The position numbers were made by a program, and so were the translations under genes. From assembly GCF_009914755.1 (NCBI RefSeq), contig NC_060946.1: a DNA stretch of 64,000 bases; one strand, given 5' to 3'. Origin of the DNA: the human T2T-CHM13v2.0 reference genome, Homo sapiens. Of the stretch, positions 1 to 20,680 are shown in pieces. Each line of letters begins with the position of its first letter. Position 1 is the stretch's first letter. The notes below the pieces were generated by a model, which was given only the letters and a program-made list of their open reading frames with translations, had not been told where the DNA came from and made no database searches.

Positions 1-332
<332 letters not shown>

Positions 333-1439
333 TCATAAAACGCTGTCTTCTTAATAGGCTCCTGGAGTTCAGATTTTTCATTAATGTAAATGGGCCCTCC
401 CTGTGTTGCCCTTTATTCTGAGTTACTGAGGCTTCACTTGCCGGTTCCCAGCACTGGGCACTCCGGGAGGATTTGGTAATTAACTGAAAGCCTTGCTTCA
501 GCGGGTGGCGTCAGAGCAGAATTAATGGCGCTGCGCACTGTAGGTGGCCTGGTGGCGGGGGTAGGGGTGCATGGGAAGAGGTGTTTGCTGTTGCTTGTAA
601 CTCACCCCTCCTTCCACTGGGAGCCTCTCCCTGTATCCCCCCTGCCTCAAGGCCCACTGTGCCCTGCCTGCTCTGTCCATCACCCTCGCTGTCTATGCAG
701 CTTGGGACATGTCCCAAGCACCTGCTCCTCCTGCAATGCTGTTCCTGCTGTTTCTGGGACCGGCTTTTTGCCCTCAGGCTCCTGAGCTATTGTAGGTTCT
801 AGAAGCCTCTGCTGACCTTCTCAGGCACTCCTCTGCTCAAGAACCTGCTGTGTCTCCCTAGCACGTGTTCCTCAAGTCTGAATTATTCCACTCCCGTAAC
901 ACTCTGCTATTCTTCAACAGGCATACTCTACCACCTCCCGCTGGGCCCAGGCCTTCCCCTTGGCACAGTTGGAGCAGCCTCTGTTATGGTATGTGCCTGT
1001 CTCACGCTAGGGGCCAGGGCTGGGCTCAGACCCTGGCGGCTGACTCCCCATGTTGTGCTTAAACGTTCGTCTCAATTTTGAACATTTCTCCCAACACTTT
1101 TTAAATAAAATCCCTGAGCTCTTCTGCTTGGAGAAAGTCCTGGCAAATCATTCCCAACAATAAAATCTCATGATCAGAATGTAGTAGCACTTTTCTCACT
1201 AGCCAGGTAGGTTCATGTCATTAAAAGGTGGCTTTAAACACTTTTCTCTTGGCAGAAATTCAAAGACTTTCGCCCCTGAGCAGGGTCACTCTGTTGGGCC
1301 TGAAGTCTCCTCCCTACTGCTCGTTACCCATTTAACAGCTGCTGTCAGACACCCAGTGGCTTTACTTCTGCAGCTGCTTTTTTTTTTCTCCCTTCTGAAT
1401 TCTTAACTTGTATTTGAGCCCACCCAGTGGTGATTGTTT

Positions 1440-1754
<315 letters not shown>

Positions 1755-1756
1755 TA

Positions 1757-1758
1757 TT

Positions 1759-1801
<43 letters not shown>

Positions 1802-2480
1802 TTTCCATAGGTTATTGGGGAACAGGTGGTGTGGCTACATGAGTACGTTCTTTAGTGTTGATTTGTGAGATTTGGGTGCACCCATCACCTGAGCAGTATA
1901 CATTGCATTCAATGTGTAGTCTTTTATCCCTCACCCCCTTCCCACCCTTTCCCTCTAAGTCCCCAAAGTCCATTGTGTTTTTCTTATGCCTTTGCATCCT
2001 CATAGCTTAGCTCCCACTTATGAGAACGTAACAATGTTTGGTTTTCCATTTCTGAGTTACTTCACTTAGAATAACAGTCTCCAATCTCATCCAAGTTGCT
2101 ATGAATGCCATTAATTCATTCCTTTTTATGGCTGAGTAGTATTCCATCGTATGTCTATATCACAGTTTCTTTATCCTCTCGTTGATTAATGGGCATTTGG
2201 GCTGGTTCCACATTTTTGCGATTGTGAATTGTGCTGCTATAAACATGGGTGTGCAAGGATCTTTTTTGTATAATGACTTATTTTCCTCTGGGTAGACACC
2301 CAGTAGCGGGATTGCTGGATCAAATGGTAGTTCTACGTTTAGTTCTTTAAGGAATCTCCACACTGTTTTCCATAGTGGTTGTGCTAGTTTATATTCCTGC
2401 CAGCTGTGTAGAAGTGTTCCCTGTTCACCTCAGCCACGCCAATATCTATTATTTTATGATTTTTTGATTATGGCCATTCT
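1757..2480 (-). mobile_element. L1 3' end (L1PB-like) with (TTTA)n-degenerated tail
   Basis: ORF 2160..2363(-) is L1 ORF2 C-terminus ([37 protein letters not shown]), followed by 3'UTR; (TTTA)n at 1757-1804. Confidence 0.88.
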
Positions 2481-2724
2481 TCCTTCTGTAACTTCTTCAG
2501 GTGGTCAGGCTAAAATCAGTTTTCTGTGCCCTGGGACGATAGCAAAACAGCAGAAATAACGGCCTCACCCTTGATTCATTTCTGCCCCCAGTTCTAATGG
2601 TCAGCCCTCCTCTCTCTCTAACCCCACATTAAAAGGTAACTTTCAGGAAATGGAAAATCAGAACTCTCACACAGATATAAAACAAACATGTTAATGATTT
2701 TCTTTCACACATGCCTGTGAGTGA

Positions 2725-3634
<910 letters not shown>

Positions 3635-3977
3635 TTTTTCTTCATTTTAGACAAAACAACAGGGGGGTCCCTTGAAGGGCATTTCCCCAAACCCTGCGGG
3701 CTTGTGTGAAACATGCCTCTGTGTTCTGTGTGCTTCTCCCTCAGGGTGTCAGAGGGAGGGACCCCCAGGCTGGGACCCCAAGAGGTGGCAGCAGGTGTCC
3801 CATCTGCCAGGTGAGCGTGTCCGGGCTGGACTTTGAGGAGCTGGCCGGCATAGCTAACGTATGTTCTCCCTCCAGCCTGGTCCTGGGAGAAGATCATTGG
3901 TATACATTTAGTTTTTGAGTAGATAATATATTCATGTGGCTCAAAAAAAATCTAACTCTATAAAAATACACTCAGTG

Positions 3978-4517
<540 letters not shown>

Positions 4518-5296
4518 TTAGTCCATGTTTTATCTTTGTAGACTTGCTTTATGCAGATTTAAATAAAGCCCTGGGGATGAGGATCATCCTCCTGGGTTGT
4601 GAGGCTTTAATGAGATAACACCCTCATTCACAGTAGAGCTACCCGATAAGGTGCTAGGTTCTGTGTCCCATTTTACAGAAAAATAAACTGAGGCTCAGAG
4701 GCACTGAAGAGCATGCCTGAGGAAACCAGGCGACAAAGGCCAAGCTGGGAGGAGAGCCTCGCTTCCAGGTATCCCCTGGGTTCCACAGACTCCCGTGCAC
4801 GTGTGTCCAAGTGAGGGGCAGTGGCTGTCACTATCATGTGCGCTGCCGGCGGCTGCCGGGCAGATTTCTCTTCTGGGTTTGAAATAACCGGAGGCGATCT
4901 TAAGAACCTACTGACGACCCGCCGCTGTGGAAGAAATCATTTTCCATTCTGCATCTAGCATCAGCATTTCACATCCAGATGCAGGAAGTCTTCGTGGAGT
5001 TTTACATACATTGCTTGGTTTGCTTCCAAGAACTCATGATTTTGCCTTCTGGTTTACTCTCCTTACTGCTTCAGGCTTGCAGCGATAGGAACCCATTTCT
5101 CCCTTGGGTTGCTGTGGCAGCGTGACGGTAATGCAGATTCAGGAGATTGCAGTATGAGGTTCAAGTGTGGGCTGCGTTCAGATGGGGTCCCTTGACCTGC
5201 CTCATCCTGTTTCCTTACCATAGTGCTTCCCATGTACTGTAGCATTTTTTTCTTTTTAAAATGATTTATATTATATTATTTTATTTTTTAAATGTT

Positions 5297-6115
<819 letters not shown>

Positions 6116-6129
6116 TAAATGAAAAGAAT

Positions 6130-6680
6130 AAATTAATCACTTTAAAGCACACAATTCAGGGCTGTCGAGTCCACTCACAGTGCTGTGTACCCACCGCTGC
6201 TAGTTAGTTCCAGAACGTTTTCATCACCCCAGTGGGAAACTCCCATTAAGCAGCCACTCCCCTGCCCTCCCTCCCTCCATTCCTGGCATCCACCCATCTG
6301 CTTTCTGTCTCTGTGGATTTGCCTATTCGGGACGCTTCATGTAAATGGGATCATATCGTGTGTGCTTTTTTGTGCCTGGTTTCTTTCACTGAATAGAGCG
6401 GTTTCAAGTTCCTCCATGTTGGGTCATAGGCCAGAACTTCATCCTGTTACGGCTGAGTAATATTTCACCATATGGCTGGACCGCACGTGGCTTATCCATC
6501 CATCCACTGGTGGACATCTGGGCAGTTGCCACCCTTTGGCTGTTGTGAGCAGTGCTGCTCTGAGCATGCGTGTACGTGTATTTGCTCAGTCCCCGTCTCC
6601 AGCTTTCCTGGGCTTCTCCTTGGCTAGGTCATAGGTTTGGCTTTCTGGGGAGCTGCCACGCTGTTTTCGACGGCACGCTT
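6130..6680 (-). mobile_element. Old L1M 3' fragment
   Basis: Degenerate L1M 3' text (ttcatgtaaatgggatcata...ggctgagtaatatt...tggacatctgggcagttgccac). Confidence 0.65.
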
Positions 6681-7719
6681 TAGCACTGAAACATCAGGAG
6701 GCCTCCACCTGTGCAGTGATGGGGGTGTCCACGTGGCTAACGTGTAGGGCCACGGGGGTTTCCAGGATGGTTCCCGCAGTGGGCCTGGGCCAGCCCAGCT
6801 CCAGCCTGATACACACACTCCCCTCCCTCCCTCCCTCCCTCCCTCTGGGCCAGGCTGCCCCACTCCATGTTTCTGCTCAATCTTCTCAGGGCCCAGGAGG
6901 TTTCACCACGTTGGCAGGGCTGGTCTCGAACTCCTGACCTTGCATGAAGCCCAAGTCCTCCCCAGGTTCAAGGTTCCATGGTCTGGCCTGGCTCTCCCAT
7001 AGCCACGCTGACCTTGGAGGCCCTCCCCTGCCTGCAGGGCTTTGCCACTCTCTGAGTGCCCCCTCCCCACCCCCGCAGCGGTCCATCCCCGAGCTGTCCA
7101 CACAGAGGCAGGCAGGCAGTCCATTTCACTGCCACTCAGGGCCAGCACCAGCCAGGACCCACACCCGGAGCTTGTCATTGAAGAGCTCGGCCCCCACAGG
7201 CCTCCTGCTCCCCCTTCTCTGCAGCCAGAGGGATCCTGGAAGCCCCATCAGGCAGGCTCGACTCAGGACGTCCAGCGGCTCTGTCACACTTGGGGTGAAG
7301 GTCCCTGGAGGCCCACCTGCTGCACCCACCTCCCCTAGGTCTCTCTCCTTTCCCTGTTCATGCCTCTGCTCCACCGCACTAGAACCGGCATCCCTGAGGC
7401 CAGAGCTGTGCAAGCTTCCAGTGGCTGCCGCAGCAGGTCCCCACCCCGTCAGCGGCACAAATAGCACAGAGACCTTAGCTTCCCGACCTGTCCGAAAGGT
7501 GTTTCCTGGGCTGAGGTCAAGGCGTTGGCGGCTGGGTGTACCTCCAGAGGCTCCAGGGAGGCTTTGTTTCCTGCCCTTTGCTGCCCACATTCCTGGGCTC
7601 GGGCCCATCCTGCCTCCAGCTGCAGAGCCTCTCCCCATCATTCTCTCTGCCTCCACCCATGGTCATGGCTGCTTCCTTGACTCAGCCCTTCCTGCCTCAT
7701 TCTTGTAAGGACCCCCTGC

Positions 7720-8395
<676 letters not shown>

Positions 8396-9044
8396 GCTTT
8401 GGGCCCAACTGGATAATCCACGATAACCCACTCATCTCAAGATCCTTAACTTAATCCCCTCTGCAGAATCGCTTTTGCCACAGACAGTCACATGCACAGG
8501 GTCCAGGGAGCGGGATGTGGACCTCACTGGGAGGCTTCTGTTCTGCCCGACGCAGGGGCTTTGCCTGTGTGGCTGCTGGGTCCTCACTGCCGGAAAGTGT
8601 TCTTGGCACATAGTAGGTACTCAATGCATATTTGTTGACTGACTGGAAGGAGGGGTGTCCTGTGGCACCCCCTACTCACCCCACCCTGGGACCCTCACAC
8701 CTGTTGATGAACAGGGGCCTTGGCCCCATCCCCCGCCCCATTCCTGCACAGAGCGGTGCTGAGTAAATACCAGGTAAACACCCCAAGGACTGGGGTGGAC
8801 CGGGACTGAGTGGGCAGGGAGGTGCGGGAGGCAGCTTCCAGCCCATGTGAGGCAGCCCTCAGGCCCCGCCTCACGCTCCCTCCTCGATGGGGTGTTGGTC
8901 TGGATGAGTGAATCTCAAACCTGACTTTGCATCAGAATCACCTCCAGAAATTGTTAGAAAAGCCAGTGCTTTCTCCTCGGGCACCCTCACCAGCCTCGTC
9001 ATGCCCTAGGCCTCCTAACTCCATGGGACCTGAATCTACCCATC

Positions 9045-9425
9045 TCCTCGGGCCGCCAGCAAAGTGCCACAACCTGGCGGCTTAAGACAACAGGTCACTG
9101 TCTCAGTTCTGGAGGCCACCAGTCCAAAGTCAAGGTGTCTACAGAGCTGCACTTTCCCGAAGGCTCCAGGGGAGGGTCTTTTTTGCATCTTCTGGTGGTT
9201 CCTGGTGTCCCTTGGCTTGCGGCCGCATCACACTAGTCTGTGACTCCGTCCTCACACACCCTCCCCTTGTATCTCCTGAGTCATTGGATTCAGGGCCCAC
9301 CTTGATCCAGTTGACCACATCTTAACTACTTACATCTCCAAAGACCCGACTTCCAAATAAGGTCACATTCCGAGCTCCAGGAGGAATACTGGGGTGGGGA
9401 GGGGATAGTCTTCAACCCCCTACAC
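9045..9425. mobile_element. MLT1 (MaLR) solo LTR
   Basis: cagttctggaggc..agtccaaagtcaaggtgtc...ccaaataaggtcacattc hallmark. Confidence 0.75.
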
Positions 9426-9860
9426 CTGGGGTCCTACATCTGCTCTAACCTTGAAATTCAAAATTCCTGTTCTTTTTTGCAGCTGAAAACATTTCTCTAA
9501 GAACCCTGATTGGTTTTGCATGAGAACCTCCCCTGCTAAGATTCAACTTAGGAGGGCAGCCTTTTCTTTCTTCCTCATATGGCAGTGACCCCAGTGCCTG
9601 CCCTCAACCCCAGCCCACCTTGGTGCTTTCGGCAGCACTGGCTTCCTGCTGGCTGCCAGTGTCAGGGTCTTTCATGGAGGCCTGGCTCAGAATTTGGAGC
9701 TGGAGGTTCAAGGTTAAGTCCACACCTTGCTGCCAGTTAGCAAGTCACTCTCCCTCTCTGAGCCTTAGTTGCCACCCCTGTCAATGTGGACAGTATCTGA
9801 CCCTTAGGTCTTATTTTTCTCCCTCCATGGTGCTGGACACTGGATGGGCACTTGGTGTAC

Positions 9861-10128
9861 AACCGAGGTAGAGTACACAGTGGGTGCATGGCTGAGGTAG
9901 GTCGCATAGTGGGTGCTCGGCTGATGTCGAGTGCATAATGGGTGCTCGGCTGAGGTAGGGCATATAGTGGGTGCTCGACTGATGTAGAGCGTATAATGGG
10001 TGCTCGGCTGAGGGAGGGCGCGTACTGGGTGCTCGGCTGAGGGAGGGCGCATAGTGGGTGCTCGGCTGAGGCAGGGCGCATAGTGGGTGCTCGGCTGAGG
10101 CAGGGCGCGTAGTGGGTGTGCAGCAGAG
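9861..10128. repeat. Minisatellite, 29-bp unit (tagtgggtgctcggctgaggNagggcgca), ~9 copies
   Basis: Unit starts recur every 29 bp: 9878, 9907, 9936, 9965, 9994, 10023, 10052, 10081, 10110. Confidence 0.92.
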
Positions 10129-10219
10129 GTGGGTGACTGTCTTATGAAAGGCATCAGGAGGCTCCCTCATTCCCCGCCTTACTGGAGAATGCACTGACTT
10201 CCTTTAATCTTTGCCGCAG

Positions 10220-10290
10220 AGCTGCAGAGAGACAAGGCGGCGGCGGCTGCTGTGCTGGGTGCAGTGAGGAAGAGGCCCTCGGTGGTGCCC
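10220..10290 (+). other. ARHGAP8: 5' part of first coding exon (exon 2) of ARHGAP8: 5'UTR in ARHGAP8 mRNA, stop-free and in frame with the ATG (coding in PRR5-ARHGAP8 read-through)
   Basis: Branch-like CTGAC at 10194-10198, pyrimidine tract and ttgccgcag acceptor ending 10219; frame reads [23 protein letters not shown] into ATG 10291. Confidence 0.8.
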
Positions 10291-10369
10291 ATGGCTGGCC
10301 AGGATCCTGCGCTGAGCACGAGTCACCCGTTCTACGACGTGGCCAGACATGGCATTCTGCAGGTGGCAG
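10291..10369 (+). CDS. ARHGAP8: ARHGAP8/BPGAP1 first coding exon, [26 protein letters not shown](G)
   Basis: ATG 10291, 79 nt, donor G|gtaggg at 10370; translation matches the recalled ARHGAP8 N-terminus and joins the next exon in frame (phase 1). Confidence 0.95.
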
Positions 10370-10495
10370 GTAGGGCCCCAGCTGGGCAGTCTGCAGGACC
10401 ATGGGCAGAGCAGCCTTCCTCTCGGCAACTTTGAGGCAAAGTGGGCTTGTCAGGGGCTGCCTCACTGCAGCTGGGCAAGATTGAAATCTAATTAG

Positions 10496-10792
10496 AGCCA
10501 GGTGCAGTGGCTCATACCTTTAATCCTAGCACTTTGTGAGGCCAAAGTGGGCAGATTGCTTCAGCCCACGAATTCGAGACCAGCCTGGGCAATGTAGTGA
10601 GACCCCATCTCTACAAAAAAAATACAAAAATCAGCCGAGCATGGTGTTGCATGCCTGTATTCCCAGCTACTTGCGAGGCTGAGGTGGGAAGATTGCTTCA
10701 GCCCGGGAGGCAGAGGTTGCACAGTGAGCCAAGATCACACCACTGCACTTCAGCCTGGGTGACAGAGTGACAGAGTGGTGAGACCCTGTCTC

Positions 10793-10823
<31 letters not shown>

Positions 10824-11399
10824 AAGAAGTAAAACTAATTGGAAAAGGAGGGCCTGCTCGTGTGTTTGGAGAAATAAATTACACACTTGTCAAAGCATTG
10901 CCCGGGTGCTCCGAGAAGCCAACGGGCAGTGTCCTGCTAGGCTTTAAAGAGCAGAGGCTGAAATTTAATGAATTGTTTTATTAATCAAGGGCACTGTTAT
11001 GTCTCATCCAAAGCAACAAACATCTGCAAAAACGTAGACAACAAACAACTCCGTGCCCAGCAGTTGGTCAGAGGAAAACATCTTGCGTTGCTTTGTTTTG
11101 TTTTGTTTTGTTTTGTTTGAGACAGGGTTTCGCTCTGTCGCCCAGGCTGGAGTGCAGTAGTACGATCCCAGCTCACAGCAACCTCTGCCTCCCGGGTTCA
11201 AGAGATTCTCCTCCTCAGCCTCCCAAGTAGCTGGGATTACAGGCGCTCACCCCCACACTCAGCTAATTTTTGTATTTTTAGTAGAGACGGGGTTTCGCCA
11301 TTTTGGTCAGGCTGGTCTTGAACTCCTGACCTCAAGTGATCCACCTGTCTCGGTCTCCCAGAATGCTGGGATTATAGGCGTGAGCCACCGTGCCCGGCC
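10496..11399. mobile_element. Sense Alu (10496-10825) and antisense Alu (11092-11399)
   Basis: Alu consensus text. Confidence 0.9.
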
Positions 11400-11662
11400 T
11401 TGCATTGCTTTAATTTAGGTCTGAGCATGCATTTCTCCCATGGGCAGTGAGTCCAACCCTCACGTTGATGTCCCCTGCACTGAGCTCCATAATCATTAGC
11501 TGTCATCTCTGAGGGGCCTGGAATCTTGTCAAGGTAATAATAAAAAGAGGCCAGTTCTCAAACAGTTAAAGACCCCAGAAACATGATAAACACTTTAGTG
11601 CACACTGTGTACAGGAGGGACAGCAAGAGGGCAGGACTTGACAGGCACTCAGTCATTTGAAG

Positions 11663-11713
11663 CCCCAAATGTCCTTTTTTTTTTTTTTTTTTTTTTCCCC
11701 CAAATGTCCTTTT
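11663..11713 (-). mobile_element. Poly(A)-only retro-insertion with 16-bp target-site duplication
   Basis: ccccaaatgtcctttt - T tract - ccccaaatgtcctttt|aag. Confidence 0.7.
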
Positions 11714-11727
11714 AAGAAAACTTCTAG

Positions 11728-13537
<1,810 letters not shown>

Positions 13538-14149
13538 ATTTTTTACCATTATTAAGTGACCTTCTTTATGTCTGGTGATACTGCTTGTCTTAAAGTCCGA
13601 TTTTTCTGATACTAATATAGCCAAGACAGCTCTACCAGCTTTCTCATCACTGGTGTTGGTAAGGTGTGCCTCTTCCATCCTTTTTCCTTTCAGTCTGTCT
13701 CAGTCTGCACAGAAAGTGCATCTGTTACAAACAGCTTATCACTAAACGTTTTTTAAAAACTTTAATTGCAAGATGGACATATAGCAGAAATCACATTGTC
13801 AAAGCCTGGGAGGGTCAGCAGAGGAATTTGCATTTGGTCATGGTGGCTCTGGGGCACATTAAACATAGGACGGATGTAATCAGATGTATAATTTAGAAGT
13901 CTCTGGGGTTGGAGAATGATGACGGCAGCTACTGGAGTCAGGGAGGCCAGTAAGAGCAAGAATAGAGGTTTGAGTTAATGTCGTGGCAGTGGGATGCAGA
14001 GGAGGGCATGGATTTGAGAGATGTTTTTAAAAACGTCCAGCTGGTGGCCTAGCTGAAACCAAAAACTGGGGGTGAGGGTTGTCACATGGGATGAGGTTTC
14101 CAGGGGTGTAAAGGAAGAGTTTAAGAGAAGAGGTGGCCAGGCCACCTAC

Positions 14150-14975
<826 letters not shown>

Positions 14976-15147
14976 TAGGGGGCTGTGCGCTGTGCTGGGG
15001 TGTGTGCTCCTCCCGGGGAGTATATGAAGTTGTCAGAGTCGACACTTGAGCCAGGGCCTCGATGCTGCAGACTTCCTTGGGAGATGATGGCACAGGAAGC
15101 AGTCTTCAGCTTTTAGACAGTTCTCTTGTGTTGGAGCAGAGTTTTCA

Positions 15148-16870
<1,723 letters not shown>

Positions 16871-18177
16871 AGAATAGTGTTTTGTAAATAAAGTTGACTT
16901 CAGTATCTTAAGAAGTGGTCATTGTGGGGCTGAGCATGTGTTTCAGAGTCTGAAGCTCTGGTCTGGGGCTGAGGCTGGGAGCTCAGAGTGGAGATCCATC
17001 AGGTGGTGTGAAGCAGGGTGGGGGATGGAAGGTTCCAGGTCTGAGGACCAGAAGAGGTAGAGGTAGACGCTCAGAGACGTGGAGGGTGGTGAGTGGCAGG
17101 GGAGAGGGAGAGAAGTCCACGCCGGACCTGGCCCTGCAGGACAACACACATCCACCGCCCTGGGTTCGGATCTTTTGGCACACAACCCATTCCGTTGCCG
17201 GCTGGGCTTTCCTGCAGCACGCAGGCCTAAAGGGGTCTTCAGCTCTCCTTCCACTTTTGCAAAAATGGTTGGCAACTTCAAACAAAAACCATAGCAAACT
17301 TGCGACTCCCTCCCGATAGATTGCTACTGCCTTTATGATGCGTTTTAATCGCCGTCCGCTGGGAGAGAATGATGACTCGCCCCACGCACCCTGTGGGTAA
17401 TGGCTGTGGGAATCGTTTCTTTATTCATAAACCAGGCTTCTCCTATTGCAGAGACAGTGAGTGATGTGGTGTTGTAAACAGCGAGGGGAGAAACAGGGGT
17501 CATGAATTCATCTGATGCCTTGCAGAATTTGCATTTTATTGATAGTTTTCATTTCCTTCCATATTATATCATATTGAAGCCTGGTTTTGATGTGCTGGCC
17601 TGTGTTCCCAGAGAACAGCGAAGGGTATTTACTCATATTGACTGATGGCATCAACACAGATGCGGCATTGATGGCTTAATAAGTGGGAAGGTTGAAGGTT
17701 CCGGGGATTCCTCTCAGCTGCTGGGGAGACCGAGGGAGCGAGGGAGGCCGGCCTCAGCGCGGGGCATGCGCAGGGCAGAGGAAGGCGCGGAGGCTTGGCT
17801 GGGAGTCAGCCTCGGCCAGCTGCTCGCGTCAACCCACCCTGACGCTCACTTGGCCTCTGGGCCTCAGTTTTCTCACCTGTAAATGAGAAGATGGGACACA
17901 GCACTTCTGGAAGCACCCAGCATCCTACCTGGTCCGTGGTAACAGCTCACAGTGCACTTACTGTGTTCTGGGGCCGTGCCAAGACTTCATGCAGGTTATT
18001 GATTTAACCCTTCCTGTAACCCTCCAAGTCAGTTTCATTATTATTTCCGTATTGCAGATGACCAAAGAGGCGCCAGCCCAGCTCAGCCAGGGATTGGGCA
18101 GAGGAAGAGATTCTACCCTGGCAGGCTGGGTACAGCCCTTTGCTTTTTTTCTCTCTCTCTCTTTTAAACTTTTTATT

Positions 18178-18881
<704 letters not shown>

Positions 18882-20159
18882 TCAACAACAGCTCACTCTC
18901 AGAGTTCAGTATCATGCAAGACCATGGGCTCTGCAAACAGTAGGTGTTTAATAAGTGTTTATTGAATGAATGAGTCAGCACTGTATGCAAGCAGGATGCT
19001 TGTGAGGAACAGGGACGTGACCCAGTGTGGGCTCTGGGCTGGGGTGTCTTTGCATGTGCCGTACTCTGCCCTGGGACCCTCTTACCCTCATTGCAGATGG
19101 CAGGGTGGAGGGGGCCCATGGCGTGGTTGGGTACCTCGGGCCCTGTGGCTGGCTGAACTGAGTCCAAGTTTCTCAGGTGGGAATTCATCATTACCTGCTT
19201 ATCTTGGCTTCACCCCACACCCCCCTCTACCCTCTGGGCCAGCTGACCAGAGCCACAGGTCCCCTCCCCACACTACCCCAGACAGCACAAAGCCCCCTCA
19301 CCAGCAATAGGCACTGGTGCGCTGGCAGGCCACGAGCCCTCCCCTCCCCACCACCTGCAAACCAGACGAGGGCGGGAGGCAGAGGGGAGCCCCCTGGTTT
19401 GGGATGAGCCTGTAGGTGTGAGAAGGAGGGTGCTGGGACCTGCGGAAAAGCTGCCAAAGACCTGCGGTGGCCCATTGTGGCCCACAGGCTTCTCTTTCTT
19501 GGACACCAGGTCTGAGCCATGTTCTCCCACCAGGCCTCCCAGGACACCTCCCGGGACCCACCCAGTCTGGGGGGCTGCTCCTCCCACAAGCCTCCCAGCC
19601 CCTCCCCCACCCCAGGTGGCACCGCAGCCCCACTTGCCCACACATGCACAGGCAGCTCCTCCTCCTGTGTCCTCTCCCCTGTAAGTGGCCTTGCCACTGT
19701 CCCTGGGATCCCTACTCCTTTCCATGTCTGCAGCCTCCACTGGCCTTGCTGTAGGCTGTCCCTCCCCCTCCTCACCTGGCTTCCCAGGGTCAATAGAAAA
19801 AGTCAGACCTCAGTCCTTGCCCTGGCAACCTTGACCCTCCCTCCCATTTGGGTCCCAGTAGCCCAGGGAAGCACATCTGTGATCTCTGAACACCCCCTGA
19901 GGTTCCTCAGTGACCAGGGGTCCCAGAGCAGACGCTGTTCTGTTCCCGGGAATGGCCTGGAGCTGGGCAGCAAAGCCACTGCCCGCCGTCCCTGCTTCTG
20001 CTGCCTCTGCTCTTGCTGGAGACCGGCCTCTGCTGCATCTCTGTGCCTGGTGGGTGGAGGCCCCCACAGTTTGCTCCTCGGGGGCAGCTGATGGTGGGCT
20101 GGCGTGCAGGGTGGGCCGATGCTGTATCATTCGGAATGCGGCTGGCCCTCGTCCCCAGT

Positions 20160-20680
20160 TCCCTCGAGGTAGCTCTAAGTCTTTGGAATTTCCCAAGTGA
20201 AAGGAGTATTTTTGTTATTCATGGCGGGGGTGGGGGGCTCTAAGACCTCCAGGAAGGGAGGGGCTGGAGGCTGAGTTCACTCTGTGGCCTGTGATCCCAT
20301 CAATCCCACTGAAGAAATGAAGCTTCAATGGGGTCCTGGATTTCCAGAGGTTCCGTTGGCCCCTCGCTCCCCCAGTTGGTGATGCTATGATGATGGGCCC
20401 AAAGGGGAGGCCTCTTAACTCCACGGGAGAAGTCACAGACGCTCTGAGTCCAGGACGCTCCCAGACCTTACCCTGCGCGTCTCTTCCTGTGGCTGGTCCT
20501 GAATTGCATTGTTCGTAATAAAGCTGTGATTGTTAAGTCTAGTGCCTTCCTGAGCTCTCCAAGTCATTCTAGCAAATTATCAAATGTGAAGGGATTGTAG
20601 GAACCCCTAGATTTGTAGGCAGCTTGTCAGATGCGTGGGTGGCCTTCTCATGGGGGTGCCCTCAACCTGTGAAGGGTGGT
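20160..20680 (+). mobile_element. ERVL-type LTR fragment (MER21-like)
   Basis: aataaagctgtgatt...gtcattctagcaaattatcaaa..gaaggga..gtaggaacccctagatttgtag resembles MER21 3' part. Confidence 0.6.

Noticed and set aside
2160-2363. ORF with real protein homology
   Set aside because: C-terminal fragment of L1 ORF2 in a truncated dead element
6944-7708. 254-aa ORF and overlapping 176-aa antisense ORF
   Set aside because: Pro/Ser/Ala/Gly-rich with no recognisable domain; expected by chance in GC-rich DNA
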